Shown here: positions 1 through 8,570 of the stretch, in pieces
Position numbering within the stretch: the stretch's first letter is position 1
Layout: every line of letters begins with the position of its first letter
Assembly: GCA_025453995.1 (NCBI GenBank)
Contig: JALOPH010000013.1
Coordinates: 1-27,149 of the forward strand
DNA: 27,149 bases
DNA from: Desulfobacterales bacterium
GTDB lineage: Bacteria; Desulfobacterota; Desulfobacteria; Desulfobacterales; Desulfosalsimonadaceae
Reading direction: 5' to 3'
Translations under genes and position numbers: made by a program
The notes under the pieces: model-generated
Told to the model about the DNA's origin: nothing
The model's input: the letters and a program-made list of their open reading frames with translations, nothing else
The model's database searches: none

Positions 1-906
1 CATCAACCATTCAAAAGCGCCGGCCTGGGTTTCAAGGGTGGACGGCGTCCAGCGGAGCTGATCGAACTGGGGGTCCTGGTCCGAGCGGAACCTGAATACC
101 GGGGTGATGGTATAGCCGCAGATCCGGGCAGGGCGCTCAGGCAGTTCGTAGGGGCTCATGACGCTCAGCCAGTACGACCAGACTTTCTGATATTCTTCCT
201 CATCCATGTGAAAGCACTCCACCGAGTCATCCACAAACGAATGGGCCCAATCGTCAATGAAAAGCGGCTCGTCTCCGGTGGAAGGGTCGATCACCATGAG
301 ATCTCCATCCACATTCACGACAGCGGCATGATGGTCGGGCCAGTGAATAGGTATGGGATCACCGGCGGGCATGGTCAGGTCCGGCATGATGATGGTTTGT
401 TCGGAGATCAGCGGTCCGGAAATATTAATGGATGCGCTGTCGATTCCCGGATGATCGACCATGGCCGAGACATGTTGTTCGGTGATTTCCGTTTCGCGCA
501 TGATGACCGGTTCCGAGTCAAGAGGCGTGGATGCGTTGGCGGCGGCATACTGGATCGCTAAAGCCCTTTCCTGGCAGGCCGTGTTCACCATGGACCATGC
601 AACCGGTTGGGGCGTGCTCCCGGCGGCTTCAGTCTGCATTTCTCTGGCAAAGACCATAAAATCCCTTGCTTGCTGAAGGGTGATGGGCGCAAGTTCCGGC
701 GTTGGGATATCCTCATCGCTGTCATTGGAGCAGCCCGTAAATCCTGCGCAAAGGATGATCAGGAATAAACAGCCTGCAACCGCACATAACGGATGAATAT
801 TTGCAGGGCCCGACTTTATGCGCGCCCTCTTCGGACGAGGATAACCCTCGCCTCTACAAAATCGGCTATTCAATATTTTCATGATTTGTGAAAGAAATGT
901 TTTCAT
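1..906 (-). CDS. Hypothetical lipoprotein, partial; the C-terminal part lies beyond the window start. Start is at 906 or the in-frame ATG at 884.
   Basis: I translated the minus strand codon by codon from 906 to position 1 and found no stop (about 300 aa). N-terminus MKTFLSQIMKILNSRFCRGEGYPRPKRARIKSGPANIHPLCAVAGCLFLIILCAGFTGCSND shows a hydrophobic stretch plus lipobox FTGC. The plus-strand ORFs 208-561 and 461-676 overlapping it have junk-like R/G/H-rich composition. No stop codon in the window, so the six-frame track missed it. No family recognised. Confidence 0.55.
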   Translation of the reverse strand, partial: MKTFLSQIMKILNSRFCRGEGYPRPKRARIKSGPANIHPLCAVAGCLFLIILCAGFTGCSNDSDEDIPTPELAPITLQQARDFMVFAREMQTEAAGSTPQPVAWSMVNTACQERALAIQYAAANASTPLDSEPVIMRETEITEQHVSAMVDHPGIDSASINISGPLISEQTIIMPDLTMPAGDPIPIHWPDHHAAVVNVDGDLMVIDPSTGDEPLFIDDWAHSFVDDSVECFHMDEEEYQKVWSYWLSVMSPYELPERPARICGYTITPVFRFRSDQDPQFDQLRWTPSTLETQAGAFEWLM

Positions 907-925
907 TTCCAAAAATGAAGATTTT

Positions 926-953
926 GCAGGGGTGAAAAATTTTTCGCCCCTGC
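926..953 (-). terminator. Candidate intrinsic terminator hairpin downstream of the 1010-2977 gene (gcaggggtgaaaaa / tttttcgcccctgc, 1 mismatch), followed on the minus strand by a T-rich tract
   Basis: Inverted repeat read directly; GC-rich 7-bp outer stem plus A/T inner stem. On the minus strand it is followed by aaaatcttcattttt. Confidence 0.35.
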
Positions 954-1009
954 AGACAGATGGTTATAGGTCAATATGCAACATGGCGTTGTTTTATAAT
1001 ACAATGATG

Positions 1010-2977
1010 CTATTGAGATAATGTCAGATTGTAAAAAGGCTCGGAAATTGAATTGATCTCAGCCGCTTTGACGCTATCGGCGCTGACGGCATACACTTCC
1101 TCGTCAATAAAAACACCCCTGACCCATCCAGAGGCATTGATCGCATCGCCGGCGCCGGCCATTTCCATCCGGCCCAGGTATTTAAATTTGTATGTATCCG
1201 TGATCCTGTAGACATAGAGTCCGTTAAATGTGTTGGCGCCGTATTCCCATGGATTTTCCGGCGGCGATTCAAATTCATAAAGATTAACCGGCAAGGCCAG
1301 CAGGTTTTTCTCCGGCCAGAAGGCGAGGGCCTTGTGATTGAACAGCGCCTCGGAATCCGTTCCCCGATCCCCGATTATTTCGCTGGCGATCCGAACGGGC
1401 GAGGCAAAATCGGAGATGTCAAATATCGACAACTGAAGTCCCTGGTAGAGCGCGACGCCGTTGTCGGAACCCGTGTCCTTGCCGATGGCCAGCAAATAGT
1501 CATCCCCCAGGGGATGCAGGTAGGTGGAATATCCCGGCACTTTTAATTCGCCGACCATTGCAGGATGTTGAGGGTCTGAAAGGTCGAGCGTAAAGAGCGG
1601 ATCTACTTCCATAAATGTCACCAAAAATCCCCTATTTCCGATAAATCGCGCCGAGTAAAGACGTTCGCCCGGTGCGAGGTTCTCAAGGCGACCGATGACT
1701 GCAAGTTGGCCGTCATCATTTTTTAGGCAGTATACATGGTTTGCCGCGCTGCCATCCCAGGCATAGCCGGTGGTGGTGGCGATCCGTAAAATACCGTTAT
1801 ATTCCCCTAAGGAAAACTGGTTTAAAATATGTCCGTTGACCAGACCTTCGGCGGAAAAAGAAGGTTTTCCGCCGGAAATATTGAGCTGATAAATCCGGGT
1901 CTGATAAATTTGAGAATCCCCGGGCGCTTTCATGGCGGGTTCGCCCTGATACAGGGTGGAAATCAGATAAATATTTTGAGTGGACGCGTATGCATGGTGA
2001 ATGTCGGCGATGAATCCGATACTGGAGAAATCATTGGACAGGTCGTCCAAATTCATGGTGACGACCGACACAATGGTGGCTCCCGAAGGGGTTTCCGGCC
2101 GGATAAAGTCATCGACGGCGACCAACCGGTCCGATTTTACCAGTACGCCGTCCCCGTCATACAATGAATAGGAGGGGATATAGTCGTCTAATGTCAGGGG
2201 TTCCAAAGTCTGAAGGTTGGATTCAACCGTGGCCTCCTTGCCGGATGAGGTGCCGTCATACCAGAGATCCAGGGAAGGCAGATCGGGGATGAACTGGGAT
2301 ATCAGGTGGAGTTTTCCGCCGGTCAGCCGGGATGATACCAGGTTCCCATCCGCATGGAAATCCTTCAGGATGACCGGATCAGAAGGGGCGCTGACATCGG
2401 CGATCAGAACGCCGATTTTAGCCTGAACCGGATTCCAGTAGGGCAGGCCCACGTCAATCATTTTGAGGTTGTCGCTGTATATCCATTGGACGCCCTGTCC
2501 GTCTTCCGGAACATAGAGAATGGATAATATGTTATTGTAAAGATAAAAGGAGTCGATCTGTCCGTTGACGCTGATCCGGCTGATTATCTTCATGGATTCG
2601 GGTGGCTTGGCGGATATGATCCGGATTTCTCCGTCGCCGGCTGAGTACAGATAAGTGCCGTCTGTTTTGACCGCATCGGATTCATCCACGCCGGCTTCCT
2701 GGATATTTGTGGCGGAATACCCTTTTTCACCCGCGTATATTTCGCTGTTGGTCCATCCGGGCTGGGCGTCATTGTCCAATGCCCAAAGGGATGTGGGCTG
2801 GGCGCTCTGGGAATATTGATCCTTCAGGTATGCCGTCAGTTCCTGTTCGGATGAAAAGGTCCTTGCCTGGGGGTTGCCGATTTCAGTGCCCCCGGCGCAG
2901 CCGGAAAGGGATGCGATGGCCGTCAGAAAAAGAAGAAAAACCAGGTGGAGGATATCATTATATATTCGGCGCTTCAT
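1010..2977 (-). CDS. Secreted beta-propeller domain lipoprotein (paralog 1 of 2; PF09826/COG4880-like, function unknown)
   Basis: 655-aa ORF. N-terminus MKRRIYNDILHLVFLLFLTAIASLSGCAGG is a lipoprotein signal with lipobox LSGC. Long beta-rich body with repeated YxY/G-D/W motifs typical of the bacterial/archaeal secreted beta-propeller family. About 60% identical by eye to the 3895-5874 product. Start overlaps the upstream gene stop by 4 bp (ATGA). Confidence 0.8.
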   Translation of the reverse strand: MKRRIYNDILHLVFLLFLTAIASLSGCAGGTEIGNPQARTFSSEQELTAYLKDQYSQSAQPTSLWALDNDAQPGWTNSEIYAGEKGYSATNIQEAGVDESDAVKTDGTYLYSAGDGEIRIISAKPPESMKIISRISVNGQIDSFYLYNNILSILYVPEDGQGVQWIYSDNLKMIDVGLPYWNPVQAKIGVLIADVSAPSDPVILKDFHADGNLVSSRLTGGKLHLISQFIPDLPSLDLWYDGTSSGKEATVESNLQTLEPLTLDDYIPSYSLYDGDGVLVKSDRLVAVDDFIRPETPSGATIVSVVTMNLDDLSNDFSSIGFIADIHHAYASTQNIYLISTLYQGEPAMKAPGDSQIYQTRIYQLNISGGKPSFSAEGLVNGHILNQFSLGEYNGILRIATTTGYAWDGSAANHVYCLKNDDGQLAVIGRLENLAPGERLYSARFIGNRGFLVTFMEVDPLFTLDLSDPQHPAMVGELKVPGYSTYLHPLGDDYLLAIGKDTGSDNGVALYQGLQLSIFDISDFASPVRIASEIIGDRGTDSEALFNHKALAFWPEKNLLALPVNLYEFESPPENPWEYGANTFNGLYVYRITDTYKFKYLGRMEMAGAGDAINASGWVRGVFIDEEVYAVSADSVKAAEINSISEPFYNLTLSQ

Positions 2978-3819
2978 GGTTTGTCTCCTTTATCATCCGG
3001 TTTCGTCAGTGGAAACGCCTGGATATTGATCTGTATCACCTGATCGGAACTTTCATCCGTGGCGAACTCCTTGAGGATGTCTTTTCTGAAATCGGCGATT
3101 TTCTGTTTGAGTTCAGCCATCCTGTTCTTTTTCATGCTGATGGTGAGCGCCGTGATATCCCTGGTTTTAGCCGGATGTCGGGTGATGGATTCTTCGGCCA
3201 GCCGGATCATTTCCTTGTGAAAATTGGTAATCAGCAAAGAAGAGACTTCCGGCCCTGTGGAAATCAGGGAATCGGTCTGCTGCCATTGCCCCTGTTCATC
3301 CTTGAGAATCAATCCGAGGGCCTCAAGGCGTCGCAGTGCGGTTTCAACGTCTTTTGTCCGGACCGCCGGGTAGAGCTTTTCGGCGATTTGTTCGGCCGTC
3401 ATTTTCCGGTCGCCAAATACCACCAGTTCGCGGATAACCGGCAGGTACCATCTGGAAAAGTATTCATACCGGGCGGTTTCGATGGTTTTGATCTTTCCGT
3501 GGGATTTAGCGGCAATCATCTTCCGGTAATAATGATCCTGCTCGGCGTGCTCCGTTGCCTGATTCATAAATACCAGGTTTTCAAAAAAATCCCGCTCAGG
3601 CTTTTTGAGTTTGAAGCCCCTGGCGATGCCGGCAACGCTGGTGTTGGTGAGGTTTCGCTCACCTTCCATCACGAGCTTGAGGAAATTGGGGGATGAGAAT
3701 CCTGCAAGCCGGGAAAAATACCGATAGGAATAGGACGGCATGGTTTCTTTTTTGAAGGCAAACATGTCCTTCAAAAATTCCCGGTAGTCGATGTAATCAA
3801 ATATGCAGGGTCTATTCAT
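2974..3819 (-). CDS. TIGR02147-like protein (Fibrobacter 'second paralogous family' type, putative HTH-like N-terminus); function unknown
   Basis: 281-aa ORF. N-terminus MNRPCIFDYIDYREFLKDMFAFKKETMPSYSYRYFSRLAGFSSPNFLKLVMEGERNLT matches my memory of the TIGR02147 signature (dYR.fL.d....kK...SyR.FS...G.sSp.fl..V..GkRnLt). K/E-rich, protein-like composition. The overlapping plus-strand ORF 2707-3696 is R/G/F/C-rich junk. Confidence 0.75.
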   Translation of the reverse strand: MNRPCIFDYIDYREFLKDMFAFKKETMPSYSYRYFSRLAGFSSPNFLKLVMEGERNLTNTSVAGIARGFKLKKPERDFFENLVFMNQATEHAEQDHYYRKMIAAKSHGKIKTIETARYEYFSRWYLPVIRELVVFGDRKMTAEQIAEKLYPAVRTKDVETALRRLEALGLILKDEQGQWQQTDSLISTGPEVSSLLITNFHKEMIRLAEESITRHPAKTRDITALTISMKKNRMAELKQKIADFRKDILKEFATDESSDQVIQINIQAFPLTKPDDKGDKP

Positions 3820-3849
3820 AAAATTTTTTATTCATAAAAAATTTTAATT

Positions 3850-3880
3850 GGCGCCGGAGGCTTTTATGGCCCCCGGCGCC
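3850..3880. terminator. GC-rich hairpin (ggcgccgg-a-ggc / ttttatg loop / gcc-c-ccggcgcc) between the 3895-5874 gene and the 2974-3819 gene; T-rich on both sides (bidirectional terminator-like)
   Basis: Read directly: 8-bp plus 3-bp stem with a 7-nt loop. Plus strand is followed by ttttgtttc; minus strand is followed by aattaaaatttttt. Confidence 0.5.
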
Positions 3881-3894
3881 TTTTGTTTCTACCC

Positions 3895-5874
3895 TTACTC
3901 CATCAGATCAAGGGTGATGAACGGCTCGGCAATGTTGTCGATGGGAGCGGCCTTCACCGTAAATGATGTCAGGGAGTAAATATGATCATCAATAAACACG
4001 CCCCTGTACCAAGACGGATAATACATCCAGTTGTCCATATCATTCTCATCCCAGACGAACATGGAGATGCGCCCCAGGAGCTCAAAGTCATACGCATCGG
4101 TCAATCGGTATACATACAGGCCGTTAAAGGTGTTCCTGCCCCAGTCTTCGGGGTTTTGCGGATCAGCTATTTCATTAAGATTGACCGGCAGGGCCAGCAG
4201 GTTTTTCTCCGGCCAGAAGGCAACGGCCTTGTGATTGTAAAGGGCTTCTGAATATGTGCCCCGGTCGCCGATGATTTCACTGTGGAGCAGTTTGGGGTTG
4301 GCAAAATCGCTGGTGTCGAAGATGGAGAGCTGCATTCCGCCGACTTTAACAATATCGCCCTCTGCTTTTGTGTCCTGTCCGATGGCCAGCAGAATATCGT
4401 CATTGATCGGGTGCAGGTATGTGGAGAAACCCGGGACTTTGAGCTCGCCGACAACAGTCGGATTTTGGGGAACAGACAGGTCGAGGGTAAAGAGCGGATC
4501 CACCTGGACAAAAGTCACTAAAAATCCCCTGTCGCCCATAAACCTCGCGGAATAAAGGCGCTCGCCGGGGGCGAGATCCCGGATGCTGCCGATAACAGTT
4601 AAGCTGCCGCCGTTGTTTTGCAGGCAGAACACATGGTTTCTGGAAGTCTGATCCCAGGTATATCCGGTGGTGGTGGCGATCCGGAGCACGCCTTCATACT
4701 CGCCCAATGAGAACTGGTTGAGGATTTCGCCGTCCACCTTGCCGCCCGCCGCATAGGTGACGGTGCTGCCCAGGTCAAACTTGTGAATCTGAGTTTCAAA
4801 GGTGGGGTTGCTCCAAGTGAAAAACCCGTTATCATCATAGGTGTCTTCGGAATAATGGTAAATAGTGGAAACCAGGTACAGGGATTCCGTAGACGCATAC
4901 ACATTGTGGACATCGGCGATAAAGCCGGTGCTGGTGAAATCAGCCGCAGGGTCAGCCATGTTGATGGTGATAATCGATACCATGGTGCCGCCGCCATCTT
5001 CCTGGGGTCGGATGAAATCCTTTGTCGCCACGGCCCGTCCTTCTTCCACCAGCACGCCGTTTGCGTCGTTGATGTTGTATGACGGCACGAAATCGTCCAG
5101 GGTCAGAGACGCAAGGGTTTGGTTGTTGGCCTCGGTGACCGATTTCTTGTCCTCTTCGGAGCCGTCATACCAGATGTCCAATGGCGGGAGGCTGGGCATG
5201 AACTGGGTGATTACATGGAGATTGCCGCCGGTGATCCGGGAGGCCACCAAATATCCATCCACCTGGATGTCCTTGATGGTTTCAGGAGACATCGGATTGC
5301 TGACATCCACAATCAGCATTCCGGCTTTTTCCTGGTAGGGAATCCAGTAAGGCATGCCCACGCCGATTTTTTCAACATCCGTGTAAACGATCGGATCTTC
5401 ATACCCGTTGGACGGCCGATACAGAATCACGAGTTTGTTGTCATAAAGATAAATGGAATCAATCCACCCGCCGGCTTTCACATAGCTGACCACGTTCATG
5501 GAATCGGCAGGGGTTGCGGAAACGATGCGGACATCGCTTTCGTTTGCGATGTACAGATATTCGCCGTCTGTTTTAATCATGTCGGATTCATCCACACCGG
5601 CTTCCTGAAGGTTGGTGGAGGAAAAACCCTTGTCCGCGCCGGCGTCTGATTCGGGCGCTGCGTTATCCATCATATAATAACGGACAGGTGTCGGGGTTGC
5701 GCTGTTGGCATACTGGTCTTTAAGGTAAGACGTCAGCGCTTCATCGGATTTAAAACTCTTCGCTTTGGGGCTGGATGACGAACTGTCGTCATTGCAACCA
5801 ATGACGGCCAGGAAAGCTGCCAGCATAATCGCCAGGAAGTATATGTGATTGTCGCGGCTCCTGAGGGTTTTCAT
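3895..5874 (-). CDS. Secreted beta-propeller domain lipoprotein (paralog 2 of 2)
   Basis: 659-aa ORF. N-terminus MKTLRSRDNHIYFLAIMLAAFLAVIGCNDD with lipobox VIGC. Collinear similarity to the 1010-2977 product throughout, e.g. GFIADVHNVYASTESLYLVST vs GFIADIHHAYASTQNIYLIST, and shared nucleotide stretches such as caggtttttctccggccagaaggc at 4199-4222 and 1295-1318. Carries an extra insert (FVWDENDMDNWMYYPSWY) near the C-terminus. Confidence 0.8.
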   Translation of the reverse strand: MKTLRSRDNHIYFLAIMLAAFLAVIGCNDDSSSSSPKAKSFKSDEALTSYLKDQYANSATPTPVRYYMMDNAAPESDAGADKGFSSTNLQEAGVDESDMIKTDGEYLYIANESDVRIVSATPADSMNVVSYVKAGGWIDSIYLYDNKLVILYRPSNGYEDPIVYTDVEKIGVGMPYWIPYQEKAGMLIVDVSNPMSPETIKDIQVDGYLVASRITGGNLHVITQFMPSLPPLDIWYDGSEEDKKSVTEANNQTLASLTLDDFVPSYNINDANGVLVEEGRAVATKDFIRPQEDGGGTMVSIITINMADPAADFTSTGFIADVHNVYASTESLYLVSTIYHYSEDTYDDNGFFTWSNPTFETQIHKFDLGSTVTYAAGGKVDGEILNQFSLGEYEGVLRIATTTGYTWDQTSRNHVFCLQNNGGSLTVIGSIRDLAPGERLYSARFMGDRGFLVTFVQVDPLFTLDLSVPQNPTVVGELKVPGFSTYLHPINDDILLAIGQDTKAEGDIVKVGGMQLSIFDTSDFANPKLLHSEIIGDRGTYSEALYNHKAVAFWPEKNLLALPVNLNEIADPQNPEDWGRNTFNGLYVYRLTDAYDFELLGRISMFVWDENDMDNWMYYPSWYRGVFIDDHIYSLTSFTVKAAPIDNIAEPFITLDLME

Positions 5875-6010
5875 GATCGTGGCTCCTTTAATTTTTTGGG
5901 TTAATGAATCCGAAAATGAGTTCTTGTCTTTGCCATGGCTTTAATTTTGATTTGAATTTATCAGATTTTTTTTTGGCAAAGCAAGGGAGATTTGATGGTT
6001 TTATTCAATA

Positions 6011-6032
6011 AATGTATTCAATTGAATACATT
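6011..6032. promoter_or_regulatory. 22-bp perfect palindrome aatgtattcaa|ttgaatacatt inside an ~85% AT intergenic block (5875-6125), flanked by three direct TTATTCAA copies; candidate operator for the minus-strand beta-propeller gene, about 140 bp upstream
   Basis: Palindrome and flanking TTATTCAA repeats read directly. The surrounding region is far more AT-rich than the rest of the window. Confidence 0.35.
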
Positions 6033-6202
6033 ATTCAACAAAATTATAAAAAAATATTTAATAAAATCAAATATATATTTTAATAATCTTATTTGATTAT
6101 TTAAATTTTTTTATTAATTAAGAATACAGCAACCCTTCTCCGGTTGGCAAGGAGGAGGCGTGTCATGTGAACATGCGGTGCGTCGAGGCGTCCCATACAG
6201 AA

Positions 6203-6721
6203 TTAAAGGTCCGGTTGGATGGCGTTTGAAGATCCCTTTTTCAATTCGGCCGCGTATGTTTTCAGGAGCGACCGGCTTCTCGGGTTTTCGTCAATCATGG
6301 GATAGAGATCGATCATCTCTCGCTTCACGTGAACTTTGAGCTGTTTGAAAAATATATCAAGACTGGCGATCATGTTTTGATTAAGGACTTCAGGGCTGAG
6401 ATCGGCGTTTTTTGAAAGTTCAATGATCGTTTGAAGCTGTTTTTCAAGGGCGCCATGATCTTTTTGAAGATTCATGACCATCAGGGTGGATTCAAAGGCG
6501 GCTGCGCCCAGAATCGCGGCAGGGAAAAAAACCAGCTCTTCAATTTCAAAATGCCTGAGAAGATCTTTCTTTAAGAAATTTACAAAGTCATTGAGTCCCT
6601 TGATAAATTCCCTGTCTTTCTTTTTGACATTTTCAAAAAACACGATGACATAATCGGTGATGATTTTATGTTCCCGTGACAGTTTGGCAATCATATTATT
6701 GATGTTATCCATATCAGCCAT
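6203..6721 (-). CDS. Hemerythrin-like (HHE cation-binding) domain protein
   Basis: 172-aa ORF with two H-F/x-x-x-E-E-x-x-L/F-P-like motifs (LLRHFEIEELVFFP and HVKREMIDLYPMI), characteristic of hemerythrin/HHE domains. Confidence 0.7.
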   Translation of the reverse strand: MADMDNINNMIAKLSREHKIITDYVIVFFENVKKKDREFIKGLNDFVNFLKKDLLRHFEIEELVFFPAAILGAAAFESTLMVMNLQKDHGALEKQLQTIIELSKNADLSPEVLNQNMIASLDIFFKQLKVHVKREMIDLYPMIDENPRSRSLLKTYAAELKKGSSNAIQPDL

Positions 6722-7029
6722 TTCTACCTCTCGTTTTAAACAGCAAGTGTATGTTTATCGCTGGATAAGTTTAACCAGCTTGATTAGTTGGAAATATATA
6801 AAACAACCATATAGGAATCCCAAAGAGCAATCAAGATAAAAGGCACAAGCGTCCATGCGGGTTGAAATCTGCCGGGGTTTAAAAAATTGGACAACTGGAG
6901 GGGAAAGCGGTATGGTCAGGCTGAAAAAAATTGAAGTGCCTAAAGAGAAGGACTTTTGATCAATTTATAAAAAAAGACGGAGCGAATCGGCTCATCCATT
7001 TCAGGCACGCCGATCGTGACGCCCGGATT

Positions 7030-7974
7030 ATGGAATATATCGTGGAACCTGAACATCATCAACAGCGCAGCATTCTGGCGGTCAATCTCGGACTGGGTGT
7101 AAATATTTTGTTGGCGATCCTCAAGACCGTCATGGGTATTATGGGGCACAGTCCTGCGTTGCTGGCCGACGGCATCAATTCCACGTCCGACGTGGCGTAT
7201 TATATCGTTGTCCGTGTTTTTGTAGGGCTGGCGCGGAAACCGGCAGATGATGAACATCCATACGGCCACCGGCAACTGGAAAGCATTGCCGCTTTGGTCG
7301 TTGGCGCGTTTGTCATCACCACCGCGGTGGCCATATTCTGGGATGCCGTCAACAAGGTGTATGACCTGTGGACCGGCCGGGCGGACTTCAGCGGCGCGAC
7401 TCTGGGGGCGCTCATGGTGGCTTTATTTACGATCAGTGTTAAAATCGCCCTGACGTATGTCACGCGCCGGATCGGACGGCAGACAAAAAATCCGGCTGTT
7501 TACGCGCTGGCTTATGATCATCGCAATGATATATTTGCCGCGTCGGCCGCCGCCGCGGGAATCTTTCTGGGCCGCCTGGGATATTCCTGGGTGGATCCGC
7601 TGGCCGGAGCTGTCGTGGCAGTGGTGATCCTCCTGACGGGCATTGCCATTCTCAGGGAATCCTCAGAAGATCTGATGGACACTTTGCCGGGCCGGGAATT
7701 GCAGGAGCAGATACAGCAGGAGGTGAAACGCGTTTCCGGCGTTCAGACAATCGAAGAAATACACGCCCACCGGTTCGGCCCCTACCTGGTGGTCAATATC
7801 ACCATCGGAATTGAGGGCGCACTCTCCGTGGCTGAGGGCGACCGGATCGCCACACGGGTGGAGCAGTCATTGTGCAACCGGATCAACCTGCTGCAGCGCG
7901 TTCATGTGCATTATCATCCTTCCGGCAGTGGAAAACACATTATGGATGGCGTGAATTGTACCGATGGGGAATAG
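7030..7974 (+). CDS. Cation diffusion facilitator (CDF) family metal efflux transporter. The ORF opens at 6931, but the CDF-homologous sequence starts at the ATG at 7030.
   Basis: Motifs AVNLGLGVNILLAILK, SPALLADGINSTSDV, HPYGHRQLESIAAL and six predicted TM helices followed by a C-terminal cytoplasmic domain are CzcD/FieF-like. The first 33 codons of the ORF (MKCLKRRTFDQF...) are not CDF-like. Confidence 0.8.
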   Translation: MEYIVEPEHHQQRSILAVNLGLGVNILLAILKTVMGIMGHSPALLADGINSTSDVAYYIVVRVFVGLARKPADDEHPYGHRQLESIAALVVGAFVITTAVAIFWDAVNKVYDLWTGRADFSGATLGALMVALFTISVKIALTYVTRRIGRQTKNPAVYALAYDHRNDIFAASAAAAGIFLGRLGYSWVDPLAGAVVAVVILLTGIAILRESSEDLMDTLPGRELQEQIQQEVKRVSGVQTIEEIHAHRFGPYLVVNITIGIEGALSVAEGDRIATRVEQSLCNRINLLQRVHVHYHPSGSGKHIMDGVNCTDGE

Positions 7975-7997
7975 CTTGCGATGTGGTTGCGGGCCCG

Positions 7998-8414
7998 TCA
8001 AGCTTCAACAAGCGATTTGATAATATCGAGAATGGGCGATTTGATCTGGCGCCATCGGGGATTGATGGCCTTTTCCTTATACCACATGAAGTCAACAGCA
8101 ACATACTGCTCTGGTATCATTCGCTCATCTTGAGCGCCGTAGGTGATTTTGGGATAAAATTCAATCCACACCATGCGGTCTGGATCTATATTGAATTCCT
8201 GAGTGACCTTTGTGGCGATATGACCGGCGCAGCTGCGGACCGACATTTTGCTGTCGGGCAGATCCGAAACAATCACGATATAAGGTTTCAAGAAAGCGAC
8301 GGAGCTGGTATCCCCCCGAGACCGGTTATAAATGCGCAGCCTGCATTTGCCGCTGGCAAGGCGGAGTTTGCCGCCCCAGCCTTCCCACGAATAGACTGAA
8401 TCATGAATCAGCAT
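7998..8414 (-). CDS. Hypothetical protein (138 aa)
   Basis: ORF with protein-like composition (EFNIDPDRMVWIEFYPKITYGAQDERMIPEQYVAVDFMWYKEKAINPRW). It competes with plus-strand ORF 7872-8399, whose 5' end overlaps the CDF gene; I picked the minus strand from composition only. Confidence 0.4.
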   Translation of the reverse strand: MLIHDSVYSWEGWGGKLRLASGKCRLRIYNRSRGDTSSVAFLKPYIVIVSDLPDSKMSVRSCAGHIATKVTQEFNIDPDRMVWIEFYPKITYGAQDERMIPEQYVAVDFMWYKEKAINPRWRQIKSPILDIIKSLVEA

Positions 8415-8517
8415 AAAAAATCCTGAGTTAAAGTTATATCCGGGGGCAGTCTAAAAATTATTCCCCAAACAATCAAGAAGTATCCAAAGGCGGTTGACGG
8501 AGATTCAGTATTTCTTG

Positions 8518-8546
8518 TTGATAAACGACAGCATCATTTATATATA
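8518..8546 (+). promoter_or_regulatory. Candidate sigma-70 promoter for the TraB-family gene (TTGATA - 17 nt - TATATA)
   Basis: Hexamers and spacing read directly, about 25 nt upstream of the 8571 ATG. No experimental support. Confidence 0.25.
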
Positions 8547-8570
8547 GGTCAGGATTAAAAGACCGTCTCA

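Noticed and set aside
208-676. Plus-strand ORFs 208-561 and 461-676
   Set aside because: They overlap a continuous, stop-free minus-strand reading frame (1-906) with a lipoprotein signal. Their composition (R/G/H/D-rich) is non-protein-like.
2707-3696. 329-aa plus-strand ORF opposite the TIGR02147-like gene
   Set aside because: Arg/Gly/Phe/Cys-rich with no recognisable motifs. The minus-strand frame has the conserved TIGR02147-like N-terminus and translational coupling to the downstream gene.
4783-5649. Plus-strand ORFs 4783-5082, 4865-5338 and 5119-5649 inside the beta-propeller gene, and similar small ORFs inside other long genes
   Set aside because: All are embedded antisense or out-of-frame within strongly supported long CDSs and show no motif content.
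6149-6170. Strong SD (AAGGAGGAGG) followed by ATG-TGA start-stop minimal ORF
   Set aside because: Lies in the 3' region of the minus-strand hemerythrin gene with no downstream plus-strand gene to regulate. Most likely a chance occurrence.
6931-7029. N-terminal extension of the CDF ORF (start at 6931)
   Set aside because: The first 33 residues (MKCLKRRTFDQFIKKDGANRLIHFRHADRDARI) are not CDF-like. Homology begins at the Met at 7030.
7872-8399. 175-aa plus-strand ORF competing with minus-strand ORF 7998-8414
   Set aside because: Its 5' end overlaps the CDF gene by about 100 bp and its composition is Ala/Gly/Arg-rich. I favoured the minus-strand ORF, but with low confidence; either could be wrong.
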